Shown here piece by piece: positions 38,632 through 51,558 of a stretch of 64,000 bases of DNA. A program made the position numbers and the translations under genes. Origin of the DNA: Oculina patagonica (Eukaryota); NCBI RefSeq assembly GCF_052425735.1, contig NC_135766.1:6324001-6388000 (forward strand), given 5' to 3'. Below the pieces are notes generated by a model. The model saw only the letters and a list, made by a program, of their open reading frames with translations, had not been told where the DNA came from and did not search any database. Each line of letters starts with the position of its first letter. The first letter of the stretch is position 1.

Positions 38632-40119
38632 ATTTTTATTTGCATAACACATAGTTACATACACTATTTACAATACAAGCTACTACTTATACCACTAACC
38701 ATACTTAACAACATTACGAGTTTTTACATTAAACCTTAAACCTACTTACCCACTCGCTCGCTCCCTCATCACACAATCACACAATTACATACAAGAATTA
38801 CATAGCAAAGTTACACCTGTTTGAGCCTTATACAATGTATATCTAAGTTAACAACTTAGCATTTACATTTCCCATTTCTTCTTTAATATATCTAATGTAT
38901 TATTTTTAGTACAAATGTATTTCTCTGTTTCATACTTTAATGCTACTTTTAATTTATAACCTCTTATATTCGGAAGTTCATTGTTTCTTCTGCAACCCCA
39001 TAAGTAAATTTTTCCTACAAGTAATAGATAATTTAGTAAGGGACGTTCCGGAGTTAGAACACCGACTACAACATCTTTCAAATTGAGATGTATTTGTTGC
39101 TTTGTCAAAGTTAAGTAATATGATTCAAAATCCTTCCAAAAGGAAATTGAGTAGGAACAGTCAAAAAAGAAATGTTGTATTGTCTCTGATTCCCGTTTGC
39201 AGAAAGAACACAGATCATCTTCAATGTAACCGATTTTATGTAATTTTGAATTTGTATAAAGTATCGAGTTTAATACCTTAAACTGAAAGGCCTTGACATA
39301 TGGCTCAAAAGCGACTGAATGAGGAAGAAAAAAATGCTTTTTTCAATGCTTCATCGGATAAATTAAATTTACACTTAAGTTTTTGTGCAATATTAGGAAA
39401 GCGTGCCTTTTTACGGACAAAAAGAGAGTAGTAATCCTTTGATTTCTTTTTAGTAACATCGAAAAGGCAGCCGTCAATCTTAAAAGATGGATTCAGTTCT
39501 GCGTAATCTGGAACAAAATTGGTATTTCTTAAATTGGGCGGTACAGAATGGCGTAGACCAGTCCATTCCAGAAAGTTCGTCTTCTCTATATGTTTCGCAA
39601 GTAATTCATAGGAATCAATATTGTCAAGATCAAAGCGCAGATCTTCCACGGTCCGAATTCCATAATTAAAGTACCTTTTATAGAAAACTGGTTTGTTGTT
39701 TATTCTTATTTCGTGGTTATTCCAAATTAAGTTTTTCCAATTGGTGTCAGCTGCATTTTCTGTGCGAAATTCAGACCACCACTTCAATAGTTCTCTATAG
39801 AATTGAGAATTTATAGTTAAATCTTTAATGTTATAGTTGCAATTGAAAAGATAGAAGCCACCTTCCTTCGTTAGAAGATATTCTAAATATTTCTTCCATG
39901 TGCCGGAATTATCACTAAAGATTCTTTTCATCCAGGAGAGGCGGAGAGATTTGATCGTGCTTTCAATATCAACCATTTTGATTCCTCCTTCCTCATAGTT
40001 ATTTATCGCAGATACCCTGGTTACTTTGTCTTTACCTTTCCATAAAAATTTGTATATCAATTGGTTTAGTTCCTTAATTATATTTTCAGGGGTAGGTAAC
40101 AAAGAGGATATGTAAACAA
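38601..40119 (-). mobile_element. 5'-truncated non-LTR retrotransposon (L1/Tx1-type ORF2 C-terminus, 3'UTR and poly(A))
   Basis: T27 at 38601-38627 (poly(A) on -) with AATAAA just upstream. Post-RT motifs FLWKGKDKV..EEGGIKMVD..LRLSWMKR, IWNN, and zinc knuckle CSFCKRESETIQHFFFDC. A single +1 frameshift in a 7-T run at about 39330 links ORF 39305-40102 to the frame of ORF 38863-39108. Confidence 0.92.
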
Positions 40120-40920
40120 CTTAAATTTACTTCGCCGCCTGGATTCTTCTTTAAGTTTCTGTAATTCCTCTTCATCTAGCTGAGAAGACCGAGAATTGGC
40201 GTCCCCGTTCAGTCCTTCAACAATTTTTTCGTTACAAAAAAAGTTTGCAAGTGCAGATGGAAGCGTCTCGACTCAAGGAGCTTGAAGTGATGCCAGCTTC
40301 CAGGTTTGCCAGCCAGCAAGAAAATGGCGCGAACAGTTGAATGGTTTTCAGTTCTGATTGGCTGGCTTCGTTATTTTCTTGTTCCTGATTGGTCCACGGT
40401 ACGATTTTAGCCCGCAAAAGATGCCACAATGCCCGATGAACATGATGAAATGATTAGAATTCCAGTTAATGCCTGCTTTCAGAAGGGTGGTTCGACATCT
40501 GACACAACAACTTATGATTTCGGCCAAAAAATTAATGTTGAAAAAACAAGGTTCTTTTTGTCACCACAAATTGCGCTTCGTTGTGTTAAACGCGTTTATA
40601 CACGTAATCTCCTTCATTTTAAAAATCTACCTCCTCTTTCGCGTTTTTTTTTATTTAGAAGCGAGCTGCCCTCCAATTCGCATTAATTTCGCTGTTCCTA
40701 AATAAAAAAGGAAATTGTCGAAAAAACCTATTCCCTTCAAACAATTAAACGTGTTGTTGACTCTGATTGCAGATGAGAGAATTATCGCTTTTAGGGAAAA
40801 GGGTTTGTTTTCTTGGAGTATCTCCCTGATTGGAAAAAAAAAATTATAATCACCTTGTGCACGCTAGGCTTCATATTATACATATGATCTGAAACAACTA
40901 CACCAGGAGTAATAGTTTTA

Positions 40921-40921
40921 A

Positions 40922-40963
<42 letters not shown>

Positions 40964-41064
40964 CATTTCTATAATTATTATTTTTATATCAAAAATAAAC
41001 GTTTTTATTTCGCATAATATTTAATTTATTATTATTTTCATTATGATTATTATCATCATCATCA

Positions 41065-41101
<37 letters not shown>
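40921..41101. repeat. (ATT)n/(ATC)n microsatellite cluster
   Basis: Direct reading of two ATT tracts and a short ATC tract. Confidence 0.9.
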
Positions 41102-41102
<1 letters not shown>

Positions 41103-42984
41103 TGACTTTCTTTTCTGAAATGAGATTAAAATGAAATTGGTGAAAATCGGTATTAATGATTAAACGTAAGGTCCAGAATGAGAAGTATTTACCAAGTTCA
41201 TTTTGTTAATTCATGGCGAATAAGCGACGTCAATATTTTTACATCATGACTGAATAAGCTTGGTCCATAATTTTTGTTTTGTCATTTTCGTGACATATAG
41301 AAAGGATGGCAAAGATAGCCATTGCACCCGAACTGTCGAGATAAAATTTAGCCAATCAGATTGCGCGAATTAGTTTATACTATTCGCTTGCGGTGGGAAC
41401 GGAGCAATAACCCCGTAATTCGTTATTTTTATTCATTATAAAACTCAATACTTGTACAGCCTCGTAGCATTGAGTCCATTGAATAAAATCGATTACAAAT
41501 TTGGCGTGGGTTGTACATCAGTACAATACAATCGGCGATGAAAATTTTTCCTTTAAAAAACTGTCAATGAAGAAAAGAGAAGACAAAGACAATCGCCATT
41601 GGAGGGAAAACATGCGCAAATTTAGTATTTGACTGATCATTGAGAAAGAACAAAGCAAATACGTCTTGGCTGAAAGGGAAAATTAAGGCTTTGTCCTGAT
41701 TGGTCAAAACACTTCAAACAATTCTGCCGAGCCAATGAATTTAATGCGTTTTCCTAATTGGCACGAAACTGAAACATTTGGCACGTTGTCGTCAAAAAGC
41801 CGTTCTGTTCTGCTTGAGGTTTTTTGTTTACATTTAGCCATGTTTGTTGTGATGAAGCTTGAAGAGCAGGTGTTTTCAATTTCAAAACAAACCCATTGGG
41901 AATCGAAATTAGGAACCTTGTAAATTATTGACTCTGTCTAACTATTAAAAAAGAACGTAACATAAAATAAAGGAAATGACGAAAAAACGAGTTGTGATGA
42001 AAATTATATACCTTTTAGGGCGAATTGATTACATAAAATCGCACATTCAGAATAATTTAGCGATAGTAAAGTCGAAACAAATCCTGGCATGAATAATTTA
42101 AGTTTTTGCGGCCCTGTCACAAGATTGAATTTTAAAGCCGCGAGCATTTTATCAAGATCTACAAATAAGATATATTTTCGAAGCAGTTAAAATGCTTTTT
42201 AGTTAGCATAAAAATGCAGAGTCGCAATTAAAAACTTGGTATTATTATAAAGACATTTAAATATTTTTCGCGGACTTTTCCTTTCTATGGAAACTTCAAG
42301 CTTTCTTTCATTTGTAATGTAAATAAATTCAAAGGCATATTTTAATTTTTTTTGGCAATGTTATCATCGAAAACGTGATTTTAAAATTTTATATCGTCGC
42401 GAAAAACAGAATCGCAGGTTTTTTCTTTTAATTACGGTCGAATTAAGCAAGGTGAGGGATATTTAGAAACTGAAAATAAACATATTGAAAGCTTTGGTCA
42501 AATTAGTATTAAAGTCACTGAAAACTGAAGTACGATTTTAATTAGCATAAAAAAGAATTAGTTCCCAAACCCGCCTTTTAAGGTCTTTGCGCAAAAAGGC
42601 CTGTCATTATACTGACAGCAAAATGATAAATCCAGTTTGTCTATTGTCAAGGCACAACTGAAAACCTTCTCTATTGTTTTGTAAACTATGCCCAAGCTAT
42701 TCAGTTTCACTTGGCCCTCGCTCAGACAATTTTTCGCTCTGGCGGCTACGGTAGGTAACCGCAGAATGTAAACACCAGTGTGCCTAAAGAGGCCAATTTC
42801 ACAGGAAGTTGAAAAACACACAGGAACTCCTTAGCTGTCCTCGCTTGTGCGATACATCAGGCCTTTCATACAGATCTGACTGACGTTTGGCAAAGAGCGG
42901 GAAAAAAGGAGAGAGCGTGCACAAAAGATGAATTAACCCTTTTTATTACGGTTCAACTGAAAGCTAGCGCCGTCTGTCGCAAGA

Positions 42985-43947
42985 ATGGAATTTATGATGA
43001 AGCTTTTTCGATTTGTCATTTGTAGTGCGGTAATTTATGGTTGTTTTGAAGGCAATGTCGCTAAAATTGGAGCCGAGAATGCAGCACTCGAAGAAAAGAC
43101 AAACAAGGTAGGCGGAGAGGAAAACAAATTTGTGATTTTAGACGAAGAGTTTCCCAATGCGTCGTACCCCGAACTCAAGACCAAAAGTGAAAAAGATGGC
43201 GAGAGGAAAGAATATTCGGCTTACACTGTTGACGATGAAGATGGCGAGAAAGAAATAAGTGGCGACGAAGAAGATTACGTGCAAAGCGATGAACCATCAC
43301 CTCTTGACGGAAACGATAAAAGTGTGAACGTGCAACCTGAAAGCAGCTCGTACAGCATTACTACCTCGACCCGTGCACTAGAACAGACCGTCTCGGCGAA
43401 CGCTACGACGACTTTTGTAACGACTGCCCCAATAGGTAATGCCACGGTTTATATAACTCCAACCAAAAGAACTGATGGAAATTCGAGTAATACTGTTGCT
43501 ACTAATCCGCTATTCAGCTCTCCATACATGAGTGGAGGTAACACAATCGACACGGCCGCCGCGGCCAAAAGTTCGATTCATGCACCACCGCCGTCGTCGA
43601 GAGCTTCGAAACCTTATAGCGCTATAGTTAGTCGCTCGATGAGTGTAAATCCCACCGGACTCACTACAAAACAAACCAAAACAATTGAAACTACCACAAA
43701 AGGCGGCGGCGATGTACAAAATCAAAAAGATCCTACGCCGAATGAAACCGAAGACAGAAAAACTTTATTTGGATTCGTGACGATCGAAATTCTAGTGGCT
43801 CTGCTCGCTGGCGCAGCTTGCGCAGTAATACTGCTTGTATTTTTGGTTCATCGCTTGAAAAAACGAAATGAGGGTAGCTACGAGCTTCAAGAAACGATCA
43901 ACTTGAAAACAGCCGCTTATGCCGAAGAGAAAGAGGTTTTTGTATAA
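42985..43947 (+). CDS. Syndecan-like type I membrane proteoglycan/mucin, 320 aa, intronless CDS
   Basis: Signal peptide; acidic region with a Ser-Gly site (DDEDGEKEISGDEEDY); S/T/P-rich stalk; one TM helix (EILVALLAGAACAVILLVFLV); tail HRLKKRNEGSYELQE...AY...KEVFV matching the syndecan C1 motif RMKKKDEGSY and ending in a class II PDZ-binding motif. Confidence 0.8.
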   Translation: MEFMMKLFRFVICSAVIYGCFEGNVAKIGAENAALEEKTNKVGGEENKFVILDEEFPNASYPELKTKSEKDGERKEYSAYTVDDEDGEKEISGDEEDYVQSDEPSPLDGNDKSVNVQPESSSYSITTSTRALEQTVSANATTTFVTTAPIGNATVYITPTKRTDGNSSNTVATNPLFSSPYMSGGNTIDTAAAAKSSIHAPPPSSRASKPYSAIVSRSMSVNPTGLTTKQTKTIETTTKGGGDVQNQKDPTPNETEDRKTLFGFVTIEILVALLAGAACAVILLVFLVHRLKKRNEGSYELQETINLKTAAYAEEKEVFV

Positions 43948-45960
43948 ATTAGTGATGTTTGCCTTTTGCTACAACGCAAAGAGCGCGGTACATTTGTGAC
44001 TTTATTATGGTCCTTTTAATTTAACGGATTGTTTCGGTACGCGTGCCTAGCCGATTTGAGAGAAGCAATTTGCGAAAGGTTATTCGTCAAATTTTGATTG
44101 GAAAACGCTTGGTTGAAAAGCGCTATTGCCGAAAATTTTCTTATAGGAATATTCTTTGCTTGCAGTGACAGCTTTGGCTAGCGGAAAGTTATTTTATAGG
44201 ACAGGTGTTTTTATAATGTTTAAGCGCGCTAGAAAAGATGGCGAAGTATTTAGGTAGGCTGAAAGGCCTTTTTACTAAGTATCGTTTAGATCAGTTTGCC
44301 CTTTAAAGGATATATTGCAAAATGTATAAATAATTCTCAAATAGAATTGGACTTATTGTACGACGAAGAGAAAAACAGACAAAAGAATCAAGGTTTTAAT
44401 AGTAAATATATGCAAATATTTGAACTGTCGAATGCGATGTTTACGTTGCAAGCAGAAAAGACAGCATGACCTCTTGTTGTTGAACGCAGTTTATCTGATC
44501 GAGAACATTTTCTCGGAATAAAAAATGTTATTTATACTTTCGAAAGTCTTGTTGAAATTTTCATGGCTTTTTGACTTACTATATAACTAGTAACTATTGT
44601 CAGTTAAATTACGTGACCGTCAGTTGAAAAAGAAATAAATTCAGTATTTAAATGTAAATATTCCGACTAAAAATAAAATCTGTACTTTAAAAAAAATGTA
44701 TAAATATGACAAAGAGTTCATTGTCTTTATCTATATATTATGGCTCGCGGAATGGATTATTAATGCTTTTAAAACTGCTTAATTTAGCAAACAAGGCGAG
44801 CCAAGAATGTTTTTAATACGTGTATTTTTTAAATCCACAAAGTAATGTTTATTTTTCTTTGTCTTATTTGTGGATTTTTTCTGTATTTGACGAAACCTTG
44901 ACGTCTTTGTGGTGAAACGCGACAGATCTTATATTGAAAATAGAATCAAATAAAACTAATATTAGAATCAGATATGAAAAGAAAGATAAGACTTGTTCAC
45001 TTGAAACTTCTTTTTTTTCAAATGTCAATTTTGCTTCGATGTGACAGATAAGCTTCAACTGGCCTCAAGAATATTTCAAGTTTGACTGGTATTTCCGGAT
45101 TTGTTTCCAGTGCTATTTTAAATTCACTTATTCTATTTTTGTTCGGAGCGTTTAATGTGAGCTAAAATATTACTGTTTAGAAAGGAGACGGTTTGAATAA
45201 TGTCAATAATATTTAGAATTTGCGAAGTCTTTCCGGATTATGTACCCCTTTAGGTCAAATAATAGTGTTATTAATTTAGATGTTAGCTTAAAATAGTTCG
45301 TTGAACGGCCGTAAGAGCACCGTTGATAAAAAAGCACCCAAGGAATTAAGTTCATTCCTTTTTTTTAACCCTTTAATGAACTTATTTCCGTAAATTTTAT
45401 TTCATCGCAATGTAATTTATATACCATGTCAAATCATGTACGAAAGAGATTAACGCCTGAAATAAGTTATAGGTCGGGTTGTTTACGCTTAATAATAAAC
45501 AGAAAAGCTATTACAAGTGATTTTCTTAGCCTACAGGCCGTGTGACTCATTATTTGTAGCCCATTATCCACGAGTACTGCTGATTACTTCTTGGTTATCT
45601 TTAAATTTCGTATTGTTACTCCATTATTCACGGTGACGGGATCCATTGTTTTGGGTTAGAAAACTGAAATATTCAATATTCGTTTTCTTAAACCAGTAGT
45701 CAATATTCCTTTGCGATTTTCAAGCAGTATTCAATCTTCATTGTCCTTCTCAACACTGACGTTTTTGGATGATCTGATGATCTCAAAAGAAAAAATTACA
45801 TCATAAGTAAAACAGCCATTACAGACCACCTCATTACAAAATGTAACGAAGTGCTAAGTTTCTTGCTGACGAAGGAAGCAGGCACAAAATAAATAGAAGA
45901 AAAATCTTGCCACCCTGCAGTTTGACAGTAACTCATTCGTTTTAAATCAACATAGTAAAA

Positions 45961-46262
45961 CTAACTGACTGACTGACTGGCTGGTCGACTGACTGACTGA
46001 CTGACTGACTGACTGATTGATTGACTGACTGATTGACTGACTGACTGACTGACTGACTGACTGACTCAGCTGGCTGGCTGGCTGGCCGGCTGACTGAATG
46101 GCTGGCTGGCTGGCTTACTGACGGACTGACTGAGTGACTGGCTGACTGACTGACTGTCTGACTGACTGACTGACTGACTGACTGACTGACTGACTGACTG
46201 ACTGACTGACTGACTGACTGACTGACTGACTGACTTACTTAAGTACGTACGTACGTACTTAT
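45961..46262. repeat. (GACT)n compound microsatellite with GGCT, GATT and GTAC variants
   Basis: Direct reading, about 300 bp. Confidence 0.95.
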
Positions 46263-48173
46263 CTACTTTCTTTCTAGCTAACCTGATGTGTCTGCGCCAT
46301 TTATACGAGGATGTTGAATCGATGTTAAACTTAGCAGTATTTATTCAGCCCGCAAAAAAAAGTAGAAGGGAGGAGAAGACAAAGACAATGAAAAGTAAGG
46401 AGATTTTACGTAAGAGACTAGGCAGCTGAGTTGAAGGAGTCTCTTTTTCCTTTTCTTTTATAACTTTCGTTTTTTTTTTCTAGCTGTATTTGACACTATG
46501 AATTGACTTTCTTCGCCGTTTTTTATGAGTTGTTTTTGTCATGAAGAAATGCGGGCATGCCTGTTCCAGTTTCAAATGATCTAACTTTTTTCAGGGAAAA
46601 AATATTGTTACGAGTTTGGAGTGATATTTACTCGCACGATCCAACGAGGTTTGAACATTTTCAACATTTGCAAGGTTTGTTTCGTTCAACAATTATTAGC
46701 GAACTGGAACAAGAACTCTGCTCAAGAAAAGGCAGCCTTATAATTGCGTATCCAAATTGAAACAAAAAATGTGCGGGCACTTGGACAAATTGTTCTAAAT
46801 AGGTTGGTCTTTTTTTCCTTGTAAGCTTTCACAGCTGATAAACATTAGAAAAAGCCTAGCGTTTTATACTAAAAAATGCGAATCTAATTGGTTTTCGATG
46901 TTATGTTCACAGTACCAATAAACAATTGGACTGCGAGCTGCAGATCAGAGGTTTCTATCACAAAACAAACCACGATACAAGTAGAGTTCAGAGCCACCTT
47001 AACCTTATCCACCTTAGGTCCAAATCCTTCCTATAGATTTTGCAAAATTGTTCCTTTTTTCGGTTAGACAAAAATATATTAAAAACAAGAATTTTCACCG
47101 AATAGTTTTTGAGTTATTAGCCTCAAACGGTCCAAAATAGGGTATCTTTGACCTCTTTTGACGTTGCGATCGCAACGAATTTTGACTTCACAATGTTCTC
47201 AAACTGTTTATTGGTGAAACTTGTACAAATTTGCCCTAAAAGAATTCCCTAAACATTATTGGTATTAATGGTAGAGCTGCGATAGAACACCAAAGACGGG
47301 CATGTATAAACCATAACGAGTCACGTCAATCAATATATGGTACAGGATGTGACAGTACAATAGAAGCCAAGTAGAATTAATAATGAGCAACATTGCGCTG
47401 CGTTACCGTAACTTACAACACGGATGGTATTACGCGCAACAACGCTTTTTAGCTTGCATTGCAACATTGTTGCGCAACAAGAAGCAAGAAAATGTTGTTA
47501 ATGGGCAAAATCTTAATAATGACGTCACGAGATACTAGTACCCAGGCGCTCTTTCTCCGCTTGCTTTTGACATGATGCTTTTGTGACGTCATGGACGGTG
47601 GAATGCCTTCTTTCGCCAACGGCCTCGCTCATCACTCGCGCCTCCCACCAAGGAAAAGACATTTATTAGGTACCAGGCTGCCTCTTGCGAATATAATGTC
47701 CTGGACATAAACACTTGCGCTATATAACTCAAGTGTACTCTCAAGTCGCAGTTATCTTTGATATATTTTTTATAGCTACTTGAAATTCCACAGCCGTTGT
47801 GCCCAGACACATACGCATGAGTGGTCAACTGATACAACATGCAAATTAACTCACAACAAACAAAGCATCGAAAAGAAAAGCCATTATGTTAAACACCGCA
47901 ATTAAAAGCTCTTGCTATCTAACTATTGTAGTTTCCACTTACGGCAAACGGATGCAAATAGATCTAGAGTCGTTAAAAAATATTTGTGGGAAGGCGGTTG
48001 GATTTTATTTTATTTCAATGAATGAACTAATACACAAGATATGAGTTGCGCCCCTTTATGGCTGGGAATCTCTTAGATCTACACTAGTACACTTTGCATA
48101 TTCACCTCTGAAAGTGAAAAGCACTGCCTGAAGCAAACATAGAACTTCAAACATTTCGTCAGCCTCGCCAGCC

Positions 48174-50708
48174 ATGACTTCTCAACAAATTACAGCAAAC
48201 ATGGTTCGCAAGGCTTTCTTGGTCTCCCGTCACGGATTCTTTTTGCGCGTAACAGAAGACACGGTTGAGGGGAGTCAACATCGCACCGAAGATGTTTATA
48301 GTAAGTTTAATTATTTGGTTTTGTACACACACACATACTGTACGCAACTCAAACATGCCGCAAACAACGATTTGAGTTTTCGGAATTAGTTCGTTTATAG
48401 ATGAGCTTTGTACAACATGATAAACAAATTAGTCCTTGTGATTTTAAAGTTTGATTTTTTATTACTTTTATTTATGTATTGTTTACAACTTCTGTTGAAG
48501 ATTGTAACAAACCAGAAGTTCTTTCTTCGTAAAGCACTTGAAAATTTGGCAAGAATTATGTTGACTTGACAGGTTTTTCACAGCAAAAGAACTTGGTTTA
48601 CTATGTGTGCTGCCTTATGAAGTCTTTATCAGTTGATATTTCATGATCCACTATATTGACAAAGAAAAGGAGTCAGTTCGCCGTTCTCTCGCAACGGCTG
48701 AGAGGGTCGCGTTTCAGACTCGCGAGACGAGTTGAAGGGGATGATTAAAATATTAATTTTTCAATAAGGATTGAGAGAAAAATTACAAACGCTCGCGTGT
48801 GATTTTTGTCCTGCTTGCAAATATGAGTCTTTATTTTAAAAATTATTGGGAAGACTCGATTACTTGACCAAACCACGCCGCAGGCCGAGGCGATCGATTT
48901 GACGAGAAGTTTCGACTTCTCATATGTTCAGTCGAGTAGGCGGTAATTTTCTTTGTGTAATAAAGCAATGACTGAAATGTACGATGACTTGATAGTCGTG
49001 TTATGTGTGGCTTGACGCACAAACCGACTAGCAGATAAGAAGTGCTGAAAATAAATCCTGACATCATGTTGTTAAGAGATGGTAATTTATTTTAAATATC
49101 TGACCAACGAACTCAAAGTCGCAAAAGAGCATTTTCTGTTGTATTAGTCAGTTCCACGTGACTGAAAAATGGCAGGGACGGGACCAACACCAGGCGTCCG
49201 TCTTATGTAGGTGTCCGTCTTATAGAGGTGTCCGTTAAGAGAGAGAGAGTTTACTGTATTTGCGTCGGGTGCGACGAGAAACTTGCGTCGATGCACATGC
49301 AAGTGCTAACAAACAGAGCTACATTGAAGTAGACTCAGGTTTTCTATCTTCTATTGATTCGTAACTCCGTTTTTGCAGTATTTTAAGAATAACTCTTTAT
49401 TGACCTGCAGCCACCCTTGAAATGATATCCGTTGCTCCAGGGGAAATCGTATTGCGAGGAGAAGTATCTAATCGATATATTGGAATGGATAGTAATGGAA
49501 ACCTCTTGACTTACGTAAGTATTTGGAATGTACGTATATTTGTGTCACTCACCCACTACATGCGCGCACGCGCACGCACGCATTACGCACTCACTCGTCC
49601 TGACAGCACCTGTTTCCTTGCTTACACTGCTTGCAGTACGTTTTTTCTCTGAACATTCAGGAAGGAAGTGCCGGGCATTGAAGGGTTTTTGTCGCATGAA
49701 AAGGAGTTGGGACTCTGCGTTGCCTTCCCAGGGATAAATTAAGAAACGCCCTCGGCCCCTAAGAGAAAAGACGGACTACACTTTCCACTCGATCACTCGC
49801 TCGCTGGCGTGATCGCTTTTTTGTTGCAGAAAAGTTAAGACTACTGCGGATCCAATTGTTGATCTTATCGATTCCAAGAGTAACTAACGCCGTGGCGATT
49901 TGCTCCTATTTTTGTTCCAGAGTCTCTCGTTTTCTTAGTCGGCTGGGCTTGGGCGCGAGTCTTGTGCTGAGGGGGACGGGAACAATTAGTGTCTCCATGG
50001 TTTAGTTCTCGTTTTACAATAGCATAAAAATTGCTCATTAGATTAAAGGCTATTTAGCTCAGTAAGACACTACCACTTTCGACCGCTGTATACACTGTTG
50101 TTATTCAGGGCTAGAGGTATTGTTATCACCTGTTATCTATTGTTTAAAGAAGCAATGAAGTAACTCGTTCCAAGAGGTAGTGGGTGACTTTACCTTGCCG
50201 CGCTCCTCAATAACACGCGAAATCTAAAGTTCGAAACCTGACCAACGGTTGCGTTTTCGCTAGTGTCAATCATAATTACTACAACAAATGCACAATCAAG
50301 GAACCTTGAGTTAAAGAAGGAAACAAAAGGGAACTTAATCTTCCAATCACAACCAACAGATGTTACCTTTCTTGTCCCCTCAAGTGACTTTGTTCCCTGA
50401 AAGGTCCACTTATAAAGATGATTGATGGCAGCGAAAAACCCAACCGTTCATTGAGCAGATTTCGCGTCATATTGAAATGCGCAGTAAACAAACCGTAAAC
50501 AGTAAGATGTGGTTTGATTGTTTAACAGAGTTCCTTGATGGAAGATTGTGTATTCAAAGAACATCATGGCGTAAATGGCTACAGCTCATTTGAGTCCAGG
50601 CCACATTCCGGCTGGTACCTGGCACTGACAAACGATGGCAGCGCAAAGCCTGGACCCAAAACTGCGTCCGGCCAGAGGGCCGTGGAATTTTTAGCGGGAA
50701 GTGTATAA
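48174..50708 (+). CDS. FGF-like protein 'a' (FGF1/2-like, no signal peptide), 136 aa, exons 48174-48300, 49411-49514, 50529-50708
   Basis: Spliced product MTSQQITANMVRKAFLVSRHGFFLRVTEDTVEGSQHRTEDVY|TTLEMISVAPGEIVLRGEVSNRYIGMDSNGNLLTY|SSLMEDCVFKEHHGVNGYSSFESRPHSGWYLALTNDGSAKPGPKTASGQRAVEFLAGSV. GT-AG introns in phases 1 and 0, with the canonical 104-nt FGF middle exon. Confidence 0.9.
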
Positions 50709-51235
50709 TCTGTCGTAATAATTCTCAAAGCACAAAGACAATGAGCAAAATTTAAATAATTAAAATAAGGACAGGACCTTTGACGAAGCTCTAACGCATA
50801 CCTAGATAATAGGAAGGTTTGATTTTCTGAAACAATACTCGGAAAAAGCAGGATCCCATGGGCTCCTGGCAAATGACAGAAATTCGTTAGGAAATAACTA
50901 TGGCCACGATAGAAGTGAATAACAATATGAAAAAAATGAAGATATGAGATGACTTTGTTTTGGATGGGAACGTTGAAAATTTCGAAATTATCCTACAAAG
51001 GGTGGATGCTTTGAACGCCATTTTCGCGAGTACCTTTCATCTTCCCTTTTTTTTCGTTCTTCGCGAAATTAAACTGGAGTTCAAAACAACCACACAACGC
51101 GCGAGGATAAAAATCCGAGGAAGCCTGGAAACGAAAATCATGATAAAAGAATAACTGGAAAAGTTTTAAGATATGAATGGGGTATTATCTCTCTTATCCT
51201 TCACGCTTTGTATACATTTATGGCATATACAAATT

Positions 51236-51558
51236 ACCCCTGTCGATCAAAGGATGAATGACGCTATCCACAGTTCTCGGTTGTATAATACTATCTACTG
51301 GATTAATCGCTATCCAGTGGAGAGCATAATTTCAAGTTTGCCAACATTTATCCACTGGCCATGAATATCCAGTGGATAGCGACTGTATAGTTATCCACCC
51401 TTTGAACAACTGGGCCTGAATCGGTATCCAGTAGATAGCCTAGTTTGTATTGTAAAAGAACTTATCCAATAGATATCCATTTATCCGCTTGACAGAGATT
51501 TTATATCCACTTGATAGCGTTATTCATCCTTTGAAGGCATCTTTAATAACCGGGCCGG
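51236..51558. repeat. Degenerate repeat/MITE with atccagtggatagc units
   Basis: Several tatccagtgga / tatccac..gatag units, ending in gttatccaccctttgaacaactgggcc-like sequences. Confidence 0.55.
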
